DNA from: Tubulanus polymorphus
Taxonomy: Eukaryota > Animalia > Nemertea
Direction: 5' to 3'
DNA: 64,000 nucleotides
NCBI RefSeq assembly: GCF_964204645.1
Contig: NC_134025.1
Coordinates: forward strand, 31,886,788-31,950,787
Position 1 is the stretch's first letter; each line of letters opens with the position of its first letter. Shown here piece by piece: positions 11,401 to 18,687 of this stretch. The position numbers were made by a program, and so were the translations under genes. Below the pieces are notes generated by a model. The model saw nothing but the letters and a program-made list of their open reading frames with translations. It was not told the origin of the DNA and did no database searches.

Positions 11401-14400
11401 CTCGATCTGAAATGATAGGTTAAGGTAAACTGAACTGATTTCGAGTAGATGGACTGAAAGATACAGATTTTTCTTGCAAAATAGGGTCCTAAAGATGATG
11501 AATTCTATCTTAATTGTTGGGTTAGGGTGTACTGAACTGATGTTCAATAGATTGGTTGAAAGATTCAGAATTTTCTGACTACTTATAGTTCTGAAGTTGA
11601 TTGATTCAATCTGAAAAGATGGGTTAAGGCGTATTGAACTGATTTCAAATAGATAGGTGGAAAGATTAAGAATTTTCTGGCTATTTATGCTCCTGAAGAT
11701 GATGGACTCGATCTGAAATGATAGGTTAAGGTAAACTGAACTGATTCCGAGTAGATGGGATGAAAGATACAGATTTTTGTTGCAAAATAGGGTCCTAAAG
11801 ATGATGAATTCTATCTTAATTAATGGGTTAGGGTGTAATGAACTGATGTCAAATAGATAGGTTGAAAGAATCAGAATTTTCTGGCTGCTTTTGGTTCTGA
11901 AGATGATGGATTCAATCTGAAAAGATGGGTTTAGGCGAATTGAACTGATTTCAAATAGATAGGTGGAAAGATTCAGAATTTTCTGGCTGCTTTTGGTCCT
12001 AAAGATGATGAGTTCTATCTTAATTGATTGGTTAGGGTGTACTGACCTGATTTCAAATAGATAGGTGGAAAGATTAAGAATTTTCTGGCTATTTATGCTC
12101 CTGAAGATGATGGACTCGATCTGAAACGTTAGGTTAAGGTAAACTGAACTGATTTCGTGTAGATGGACTGAAAGATACAGATTTTTCTTGCAAAATAGGG
12201 TCCTAAAGATGATGAATTCTATCTTAATTGATGGGTTAGGGTGTACTGAACTGATTTCAAATAGATAGGTTGAAAGAATCAGAATTTTCTGGCTGCTTTT
12301 GGTTCTGAAGATGATGGATTCAACCTGAAAAGATGTGTTAAGGCGTATTGAACTGATTTCAAATAGATAGGTGGAAAGATTCAGAATCTTCTGGGTACTT
12401 ATGCTCCTGAAGATGATGGACTCGATCTGAAATGATAGGTTAAGGCAAACTGAACTGATTTCGAGTAGATGGACTGATAGATACAGATTTTTCTTGCAAA
12501 ATAGGGTCCTAAAGATGATGAGTTCTATCTTAATTGATGGGTTAGGGTGTACTGAACTGATTTCAAATAGATAGGTTGAAAGAATCAGAATTTTCTGGCT
12601 GCTTTTGGTTCTGAAGATGATGGATTCAATTTGAAAAGATGTGTTAAGGCGTATTAAACTGATTTCAAATAGATAGGTGGAAAGATTAAGAATTTTCTGG
12701 CTATTTATGCTCCTGAGGATGATGCACTCGATCTGGAATGATAGGTTAAGGTAGACTGAACTGATTTCGAGTAGATGGACTGAAAGATACAGATTTTTCT
12801 TGCAAAATAGGGTCCTAAAGATGATGAGTTCTATCTTAATTGATGGGTTAGGGTGTACTGAACTGATTTCAAATAGAAAGGTTGAAAGAATCAGAATTTT
12901 CTGGCTGCTTTTGGTTCTGAAGATGATGGATTCAATCTGAAAAGATGTGTTAAGGCGTATTGAACTGATTTCAAATAGATAGGTGGAAAGATTAAGAATT
13001 TTCTGGCTATTTATGCTCCTGAAGATGATGGACTCGATCTGAAATGATAGGTTAAGGTAAACTGAACTTATTTCGAGAAGATGGACTGAAAGATACAGAT
13101 TTTTCTTGCAAAATAGGGTCCTAAAGATGATGAGTTCTATCTTAATTGATGGGTTAGGGTGTACTGAACTGATTTCAAATAGATAGGTTGAAAGAATCAG
13201 AATTTTCTGGCTGCTTTTGGTTCTGAAGATGATGGATTCAATCTGAAAAGATGTGTTAAGGCGTATTGAACTGATTTCAAATAGATAGGTGGAAAGATTA
13301 AGAATTTTCTGGCTATTTATGCTCCTGAAGATGATGGACTCGATCTGAAATGATAGGTTAAGGTAAACTGAACTGATTTCGAGAAGATGGACTGAAAGAT
13401 ACAGATTTTTCTTGCAAAATAGGGTCCTAAAGATGATGAGTTCTATCTTAATTGATGGGTTAGAGTGTACTGAACTGACTTCAAATAGATAGGTGGAAAG
13501 ATTAAGAATTTTCTGGCTATTTATGCTCCTGAAGATGATGGACTCGATCTGAAATGATAGGTTAAGGTAAACTGAACTGATTTCGAGAAGATGGACTGAA
13601 AGATACAGATTTTTCTTGCAAAATAGGGTCCTAAAGATGATGAGTTCTATCTTAATTGATGGGTTAGAGTGTACTGAACTGACTTCAAATAGATAGGTGG
13701 AAAGATTAAGAATTTTCTGGCTATTTATGCTCCTGAAGATGATGGACTCGATCTGAAACGATAGGTTAAGGTAAATTGAACTGATTTCGTGTAGATGGAC
13801 TGAAAGATACAGATTTTTCTTGCAAAATAGGGTCCTAAAGATGATGAATTCTATCTTAATTGATGGGTTAGGGTGTACTGAACTGATTTCAAATACATAG
13901 GTTGAAAGAATCAGAATTTTCTGGCTGCTTTTGGTTCTGAAGATGATGGATTCAATCTGAAAAGATGTGTTAAGGCGTATTGAACTGATTTCAAATAGAT
14001 AGGTGGAAAGATTCAGAATTTTCTGGGTACTTATCCTCCTGAAGATGATGGACTCGATCTGAAATGATAGGGTGAGGTAAACTGAACTGATTTCGAGTAG
14101 ATGGACTGAAAGATACAGATTTTTCTTGCAAAATAGGGTCCTGGAGATGATGAATTCTATCTCAATTGATGGGTTAGGATGTACTGAACTGATTTCAAAT
14201 AGATAGGTTGAAAGAATCAGAATTTTCTGGCTGCCTTTGGTTCTGAAGATGATGGACTCAATCTGAAAAGATGGGCTAAGGCGTATTGAACTGATTTCAA
14301 ATAGATAGGTGGAAAGATTAAGAATTTTCTGGCTATTTATGCTCCTGATGATGATGGACTCGATCTGAAATGATAGGTTAAGGTAAACTGAACTGATTTC

Positions 14401-17400
14401 GAGTAGATGGACTGAAAGATACAGATTTTTCTTGCAAAAAAGGGTCCTAAAGATGATGAATTCTATCTTAATTGATGGGTTAGGGTGAACTGAACTGATT
14501 TCAAATAGATAGGTGGAAAGAATCAGAATTTTCTGGCTGCCTTTGGTTCTGAAGATGATGGACTCAATCTGAAAAGATGGGCTAAGGCGTATGGAACTGA
14601 TTTCAAATAGATAGGTGGAAAGATTAAGAATTTTCTGGCTATTTATGCTCCTGAAGATGATGGACTCGATCTGAAATGATAGGTTAAGGTAAACTGAACT
14701 GATTTCGAGTAGATGGACTGAAAGATACAGATTTTTCTTGCAAAATAGGGTCCTAAAGTTGATGAATTCTATCTTAATTGTTGGGTTAGGGTGTACTGAA
14801 CTGATGTTCAATAGATTGGTTGAAAGATTCAGAATTTTCTGACTACTTATACTTCTGAAGTTGATTGATTCAATCTGAAAAGATGGGTTAAGGCGTATTG
14901 AACTGATTTCAAATAGATGGGTGGAAAGATTAAGAATTTTCTGGCTATTTATGCTCCTGAAGATGATGGACTCCATCTGAAATGATAGGTTAAGGTAAAC
15001 TGAACTGATTCCGAGTAGATGGGATGTAAGATACAGATTTTTGTTGCAAATTAGGGTCCTAAAGATGATGTATTCTATCTTAATTAATGGGTTAGGGTGT
15101 AATGAACTGATGTCAAATAGATAGGTTGAAAGAATCAGAATTTTCTGGCTGCTTTTGGTTCTGAAGATGATGGATTCAATCTGAAAAGATGGGTTTAGGC
15201 GAATTGAACTGATTTCAAATAGATAGGTGGAAAGATTCAGAATTTTCTGGCTATTTATGCTCCTGAAGATGATGGACTCGATCTGAAACGATAGGTTAAG
15301 GTAAACTGAACTGATTTCGAGTAGATGGACTGAAAGATACAGATTTTTCTTGCAAAATAGGGTCCTAAAGATGATGAATTCTATCTTAATTGATGGGTTA
15401 GGGTGTACTGAACTGATTTCAAATAGATAGGTTGAAAGAATCAGAATTTTCTGGCTGCTTTTGGTTCTGAAGATGATGGATTCAATCTGAAAAGATGTGT
15501 TAAGGCGTATTGAACTGATTTCAAATAGATAGGTGGAAAGATTTAGCATTTTCTGGGTACTGATGCTCCTGAAGATGATGGACTCGATCTGAAATGATAG
15601 GTTAAGGTAAACTGAACTGATTTCGAGTAGATGGACTGAAAGATACATATTTTTCTTGCAAAGTAGGGTCCTAAAGATGATAAGTTCTATCTTAATTGAT
15701 TGGTTAGGGTGTACTGAACTGATTTCAAATAGATAGGTGGAAAGATTAAGAATTTTCTGGCTATTTATGCTCCTGAAGATGATGGACTCGATCTGAAACG
15801 ATAGGTTAAGGTAAACTGAACTGATTTCGTGTAGATTGACTGAAAGATACAGATTTTTCTTGCAAAATAGGGTCCTAAAGATGATGAATTCTATCTTAAT
15901 TGATGGGTTAGGGTGTACTGAACTGATTTCAAATAGATAGGTTGAAAGAATCAGAATTTTCTGGCTGCTTTTGGTTCTGAAGATGATGGATTCAACCTGA
16001 AAAGATGTGTTAAGGCGTATTGAACTGATTTCAAATAGATAGGTGGAAAGATTCAGAATCTTCTGGGTACTTATGCTCCTGAAGATGATGGACTCGATCT
16101 GAAATGATAGGTTAAGGCAAACTGAACTGATTTCGAATAGATGGACTGAAAGATACAGATTTTTCTTGCAAAATAGGGTCCTAAAGATGATGAGTTCTAT
16201 CTTAATTGATGGGTAAGGGTGTACTGAACTGATTTCAAATAGATAGGTTGAAAGAATCAGAATTTTCTGGCTGCTTTTGGTTCTGAAGATGATGGATTCG
16301 ATTTGAAAAGATGTTTTAAGGCGTATTGAACTGATTTCAAATAGATAGGTGGAAAGATTCAGAATTTTCTGGGTACTTATGCTCCTGAAGATGATGGACT
16401 CGATCTGAAATGATAGGTTAAGGTAAACTGAACTGATTTCGAGTAGATGGACTGAAAGATACAGATTTTTCTTGCAAAATAGGGTCCTAAAGATGATGAA
16501 TTCTATCTTAATTGATGGGTTAGGGTGAACTGAACTGATTTCAAATAGATAGGTTGAAAGAATCAGAATTTTCTGGCTGCCTTTGGTTCTGAAGATGATG
16601 GACTCAATCTGAAAAGATGGGCTAAGGCGTATGGAACTGATTTCAAATAGATAGGTGGAAAGATTAAGAATTTTCTGGCTATTTATGCTCCTGAAGATGA
16701 TGGACTCGATCTGAAATGATAGGTTAAGGTAAACTGAACTGATTTCGAGTAGATGGACTGAAAGATACAGATTTTTCTTGCAAAATAGGGTCCTAAAGAT
16801 GATGAATTCTATCTTAATTGTTGGGTTAGGGTGTACTGAACTGATGTTCAATAGATTGGTTGAAAGATTCAGAATTTTCTGACTACTTATACTTCTGAAG
16901 TTGATTGATTCAATCTGAAAAGATGGGTTAAGGCGTATTGAACTGATTTCAAATAGATAGGTGGAAAGATTAAGAATTTTCTGGCTATTTATGCTCCTGA
17001 AGATGATGGACTCGATCTTAAATGATAGGTTAAGGTAAACTGAACTGATTTCGAGTAGATGGACTGAAAGATACAGATTTTTCTTGCAAAATAGGGTCCT
17101 AAAGATAATGAATTCTATCTTAATTGATGGGTTAGGGTGAACTGAACTGATTTCAAATAGATAGGTGGAAAGAATCAGAATTTTCTGGCTGCCTTTGGTT
17201 CTGAAGATGATGGACTCAATCTGAAAAGATGGGCTAAGGCGTATTAAACTGATTTCAAATAGATAGGTGGAAAGATTAAGAATTTTCTGGCTATTTATGC
17301 TCCTGAAGATGATATACTCGATCTGAAATGATAGGTTAAGGTAAACTGAACTGATTTCGAGTAGATGGACTGAAAGATTCAGATTTTTCTTGAAAAATAG

Positions 17401-18687
17401 GGTCCTAAAGATGATGAATTCTATCTTAATTGATGGGTTAGGGTGAACTGAACTGATTTCAAATAGATAGGTGGAAAGAATCAGAATTTTATGGCTGCCT
17501 TTGGTTCTGAAGATGATGGACTCAATCTGAAAAGATGGGCTAATGCGTATTGAACTGATTTCAAATAGATAGGTGGAAAGATTCAGAATTTTCTGGCTAT
17601 TTATGCTCCTGAAGATGATGGACTCGATCTGAAATGATAGGTTAAGGTAAACTGAACTGATTTCGAGTAGATGGACTGAAAGATACAGATTTTTCTTGCA
17701 AAATAGGGTCCTAAAGATGATGAATTCTATCTTAATTGATGGGTTAGGGTGTACTGAACTGATTTCAAATAGATAGGTTGAAAGAATCAGAATTTTCTGG
17801 CTGCTTTTGGTTCTGAAGATGATGGATTCAATTTGAAAAGATGTGTTAAGGCGTATTGAACTGATTTCAAATAGATAGGTGGAAAGATTAAGAATTTTCT
17901 GGCTATTTATGCTCCTGAAGATGATGGACTCGATCTGAAATGATAGGTTAAGGTAAACTGAACTGGTTTCGAGTAGATGGACTGAAAGATACAGATTTTT
18001 CTTGCAAAATAGGGTCCTAAAGATGATGAATTCTATCTTAATTGATGGGTTAGGGTGAACTGAACTGATTTCAAATAGATAGGTGGAAAGAATCAGAATT
18101 TTCTGGCTGCCTTTGGTTCTGAAGATGATGGACTCAATCTGAAAAGATGGGTTAAGGCGTATTGAACTGATTTCAAATAGATAGGTGGAAAGATTAAGAA
18201 TTTTCTGGCTATTTATGCTCCTGAAGATGATGGACTCGATCTGAAATGATAGGTTAAGGTAAACTGAACTTATTTCGAGTAGATGGACTGAAAGATACAG
18301 ATTTTTCTTGCAAAGTAGGGTCCTAAAGATGATAAGTTCTATCTTAATTGATTGGTTAGGGTGTACTGAACTGATTTCAAATAGATAGGTGGAAAGATTA
18401 AGAATTTTCTGGCTATTTATGCTCCTGAAGATGATGGACTCGATCTGAAACGATAGGTTAAGGTAAACTGAACTGATTTCGTGTAGATTGACTGAAAGAT
18501 ACAGATTTTTCTTGCAAAATAGGGTCCTAAAGATGATGAATTCTATCTTAATTGATGGGTTAGGGTGTACTGAACTGATTTCAAATAGATAGGTTGAAAG
18601 AATCAGAATTTTCTGGCTGCTTTTGGTTTTGAAGATGATGGATTCAATCTGAAAAGATGGGTTTAGGCGAATTGAACTGATTTTCAA
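2464..18687 (-). CDS. Stop-free frame of 5407 codons made only of 34-aa I/S/L/F-rich repeats; probably a by-product of the satellite, not a gene
   Basis: From the ORF track. The 'start' is a TTG created by the 1-bp insertion and the stop is a sporadic GAA->TAA variant. There is no unique N- or C-terminal domain and no recognisable family. Confidence 0.12.
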   Translation of the reverse strand: MKISSIRLNPSFQIESIIFKTKSSQKILILSTYLFEISSVHPNPSIKIEFIIFRTLFCKKNLYLSVNLHEISSVYLNLSFQIESIIFRSINSQKILNLSTYLFEISSVHPNQSIKIELIIFRTLLCKKNLYLSVHLLEISSVYLNLSFQIESIIFRSINSQKILNLSTYLFEISSIRLNPSFQIESIIFRTKGSQKILILSTYLFEISSVHPNPSIKIEFIIFRTLFCKKNLYLSVHLLETSSVYLNLSFQIESIIFRSINSQKILNLSTYLFEISSIRLNTSFQIESIIFRTKSSQKILILSTYLFEISSVHPNPSIKIEFIIFRTLFCKKNLYLSVHLLEISSVYLNLSFQIESIIFRSINSQKILNLSTYLFEISSIRISPSFQIESIIFRTKGSHKILILSTYLFEISSVHPNPSIKIEFIIFRTLFFKKNLNLSVHLLEISSVYLNLSFQIEYIIFRSINSQKILNLSTYLFEISLIRLSPSFQIESIIFRTKGSQKILILSTYLFEISSVHPNPSIKIEFIIFRTLFCKKNLYLSVHLLEISSVYLNLSFKIESIIFRSINSQKILNLSTYLFEISSIRLNPSFQIESINFRSISSQKILNLSTNLLNISSVHPNPTIKIEFIIFRTLFCKKNLYLSVHLLEISSVYLNLSFQIESIIFRSINSQKILNLSTYLFEISSIRLSPSFQIESIIFRTKGSQKILILSTYLFEISSVHPNPSIKIEFIIFRTLFCKKNLYLSVHLLEISSVYLNLSFQIESIIFRSISTQKILNLSTYLFEISSIRLKTSFQIESIIFRTKSSQKILILSTYLFEISSVHPYPSIKIELIIFRTLFCKKNLYLSVHLFEISSVCLNLSFQIESIIFRSISTQKILNLSTYLFEISSIRLNTSFQVESIIFRTKSSQKILILSTYLFEISSVHPNPSIKIEFIIFRTLFCKKNLYLSVNLHEISSVYLNLSFQIESIIFRSINSQKILNLSTYLFEISSVHPNQSIKIELIIFRTLLCKKNMYLSVHLLEISSVYLNLSFQIESIIFRSISTQKMLNLSTYLFEISSIRLNTSFQIESIIFRTKSSQKILILSTYLFEISSVHPNPSIKIEFIIFRTLFCKKNLYLSVHLLEISSVYLNLSFQIESIIFRSINSQKILNLSTYLFEISSIRLNPSFQIESIIFRTKSSQKILILSTYLFDISSLHPNPLIKIEYIIFRTLICNKNLYLTSHLLGISSVYLNLSFQMESIIFRSINSQKILNLSTHLFEISSIRLNPSFQIESINFRSISSQKILNLSTNLLNISSVHPNPTIKIEFINFRTLFCKKNLYLSVHLLEISSVYLNLSFQIESIIFRSINSQKILNLSTYLFEISSIRLSPSFQIESIIFRTKGSQKILILSTYLFEISSVHPNPSIKIEFIIFRTLFCKKNLYLSVHLLEISSVYLNLSFQIESIIIRSINSQKILNLSTYLFEISSIRLSPSFQIESIIFRTKGSQKILILSTYLFEISSVHPNPSIEIEFIISRTLFCKKNLYLSVHLLEISSVYLTLSFQIESIIFRRISTQKILNLSTYLFEISSIRLNTSFQIESIIFRTKSSQKILILSTYVFEISSVHPNPSIKIEFIIFRTLFCKKNLYLSVHLHEISSIYLNLSFQIESIIFRSINSQKILNLSTYLFEVSSVHSNPSIKIELIIFRTLFCKKNLYLSVHLLEISSVYLNLSFQIESIIFRSINSQKILNLSTYLFEVSSVHSNPSIKIELIIFRTLFCKKNLYLSVHLLEISSVYLNLSFQIESIIFRSINSQKILNLSTYLFEISSIRLNTSFQIESIIFRTKSSQKILILSTYLFEISSVHPNPSIKIELIIFRTLFCKKNLYLSVHLLEISSVYLNLSFQIESIIFRSINSQKILNLSTYLFEISSIRLNTSFQIESIIFRTKSSQKILILSTFLFEISSVHPNPSIKIELIIFRTLFCKKNLYLSVHLLEISSVYLNLSFQIECIILRSINSQKILNLSTYLFEISLIRLNTSFQIESIIFRTKSSQKILILSTYLFEISSVHPNPSIKIELIIFRTLFCKKNLYLSVHLLEISSVCLNLSFQIESIIFRSISTQKILNLSTYLFEISSIRLNTSFQVESIIFRTKSSQKILILSTYLFEISSVHPNPSIKIEFIIFRTLFCKKNLYLSVHLHEISSVYLNLTFQIESIIFRSINSQKILNLSTYLFEIRSVHPNQSIKIELIIFRTKSSQKILNLSTYLFEISSIRLNPSFQIESIIFRTKSSQKILILSTYLFDISSLHPNPLIKIEFIIFRTLFCNKNLYLSSHLLGISSVYLNLSFQIESIIFRSINSQKILNLSTYLFEISSIRLNPSFQIESINFRTISSQKILNLSTNLLNISSVHPNPTIKIEFIIFRTLFCKKNLYLSVHLLEISSVYLNLSFQIESIIFRSINSQKILNLSTYLFEISSIRLSPSFQIESIIFRTKGSQKILILSTYLFEISSVHPNPSIKIEFIIFRTLFCKKNMYLSVHLLEISSVYLNLSFQIESIIFRSISTQKILNLSTYLFEISSIRLNTSFQIESIIFRTKSSQKILILSTYLFEISSVHPYPSIKIELIIFRTLFCKKNLYLSVHLFEISSVCLNLSFQIESIIFRSISTQKILNLSTYLFEISSIRLNTSFQVESIIFRTKSSQKILILSTYLFEISSVHPNPSIKIEFIIFRTLFCKKNLYLSVNLHEISSVYLNLSFQIESIIFRSINSQKILNLSTYLFEISSVHPNQSIKIELIIFRTLLCKKNMYLSVHLLEISSVYLNLSFQIESIIFRSISTQKMLNLSTYLFEISSIRLNTSFQIESIIFRTKSSQKILILSTYLFEISSVHPNPSIKIEFIIFRTLFCKKNLYLSVHLLEISSVYLNLSFQIESIIFRSINSQKILNLSTYLFEISSIRLNPSFQIESIIFRTKSSQKILILSTYLFDISSLHPNPLIKIEYIIFRTLICNKNLYLTSHLLGISSVYLNLSFQMESIIFRSINSQKILNLSTHLFEISSIRLNPSFQIESINFRSISSQKILNLSTNLLNISSVHPNPTIKIEFINFRTLFCKKNLYLSVHLLEISSVYLNLSFQIESIIFRSINSQKILNLSTYLFEISSIRLSPSFQIESIIFRTKGSQKILILSTYLFEISSVHPNPSIKIEFIIFRTLFCKKNLYLSVHLLEISSVYLNLSFQIESIIIRSINSQKILNLSTYLFEISSIRLSPSFQIESIIFRTKGSQKILILSTYLFEISSVHPNPSIEIEFIISRTLFCKKNLYLSVHLLEISSVYLTLSFQIESIIFRRISTQKILNLSTYLFEISSIRLNTSFQIESIIFRTKSSQKILILSTYVFEISSVHPNPSIKIEFIIFRTLFCKKNLYLSVHLHEISSIYLNLSFQIESIIFRSINSQKILNLSTYLFEVSSVHSNPSIKIELIIFRTLFCKKNLYLSVHLLEISSVYLNLSFQIESIIFRSINSQKILNLSTYLFEVSSVHSNPSIKIELIIFRTLFCKKNLYLSVHLLEISSVYLNLSFQIESIIFRSINSQKILNLSTYLFEISSIRLNTSFQIESIIFRTKSSQKILILSTYLFEISSVHPNPSIKIELIIFRTLFCKKNLYLSVHLLEISSVYLNLSFQIESIIFRSINSQKILNLSTYLFEISSIRLNTSFQIESIIFRTKSSQKILILSTFLFEISSVHPNPSIKIELIIFRTLFCKKNLYLSVHLLEISSVYLNLSFQIECIILRSINSQKILNLSTYLFEISLIRLNTSFQIESIIFRTKSSQKILILSTYLFEISSVHPNPSIKIELIIFRTLFCKKNLYLSVHLLEISSVCLNLSFQIESIIFRSISTQKILNLSTYLFEISSIRLNTSFQVESIIFRTKSSQKILILSTYLFEISSVHPNPSIKIEFIIFRTLFCKKNLYLSVHLHEISSVYLNLTFQIESIIFRSINSQKILNLSTYLFEIRSVHPNQSIKIELIIFRTKSSQKILNLSTYLFEISSIRLNPSFQIESIIFRTKSSQKILILSTYLFDISSLHPNPLIKIEFIIFRTLFCNKNLYLSSHLLGISSVYLNLSFQIESIIFRSINSQKILNLSTCLFEISSIRLNPSFQIESINFRTISSQKILNLSTNLLNISSVHPNPTIKIEFIIFRTLFCKKNLYLSVHLLEISSVCLNLSFQIESIIFRSISTQKILNLSTYLFEISSIRLNTSFQVESIIFRTKSSQKILILSTYLFEISSVHPNPSIKIEFIIFRTLFCKKNLYLSVHLLEISSVYLNLSFQIDSIIFRSIKSQKILNLSTYLFEISSIRLNPSFQIESIIFRTKSSQKILILSTYLFDISSLHPNPLNKIEFIIFRTLICNKNLYLTSHLLGISSVYLNLSFQMESIIFRSINSQKILNLSTYLFEISSIRLNPSFQIESINFRSISSQKVLNLSTNLFEISSVHPNPSIKIEFIIFRTLFCKKNLYLSVNLHEISSVYLNLLFQIESIIFRSINSQKILNLSTYLFEISSVHPNQSIKIELIIFRTLLCKKNMYLSVHLLEIGSVYLNLSFQIESIIFRSISTQKMLNLSTYLFEISSIRLNTSFQIESNIFRTKSSQKILILSTYLFEISSVHPNPYIKIEFIIFRTLFCKKNLYLSVHLLEISSVYLNLSFQIESIIFRSINSQKILNLSTYLFEISSIRLNPSFQIESIIFRTKSSQKILILSTYLFDISSLHPNPLIKIEFIIFRTLFCKKNLYLSVHLLEISSVYLNLSFQMESIIFRSINSQKILNLSTHLFEISSIRLNTSFQIESINFRSISSQKILNLSTNLLNISSVHPNPTIKIEFIIFRTLFCKKNLYLSVHLLEISSVYLNLSFKIESIIFRSINSQKILSLSTYLFEISSVHPNPSIKIEFIIFRTLFCKKNLYLSVNLLEISSVYLNLSFQIESIIFRSINSQKILNLSTYLFEISSIRLSQSFQIESIIFRTKGSQKILILSTYLFEISSVLPNPSIKIEFVIFRTLFCKKNLYLSVHLLVISSVDLNLSFQIESTIFRSINNQKIPNLSTFLFEISSVHPNPSIKIELIIFRTLFCKKNLYLSVHLLEISSVYLNLSFQIESIIFRSINSQKILNLSTYLFEISSIRPNTSFQIESIIFRTKSSQKILILSTYLFEISSVHLNPSIKIEFIIFRTLFCKKNLYLSVHLLEISSVYLNLSFQIDSIIFRSIKSQKILNLSTYLFEISSIRLNPSFQIESIIFRTKSSQKILILSTYLFDISSLHPNPLNKIEFIIFRTLICNKNLYLTSHLLGISSVYLNLSFQMESIIFRSINSQKILNLSTYLFEISSIRPNPSFQIESINFRSISSQKILNLSTNLLNISSVHHNPTIKIEFIIFRTLFCKKNLYLSVHLL
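6123..16891. repeat. Tandem block duplication with a 5304-bp period (52 monomers)
   Basis: Private variants pair at +5304: ACCTGA 6741/12045, TGATAG 7171/12475, AAGGGT 10911/16215. Boundaries are approximate. Confidence 0.9.
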
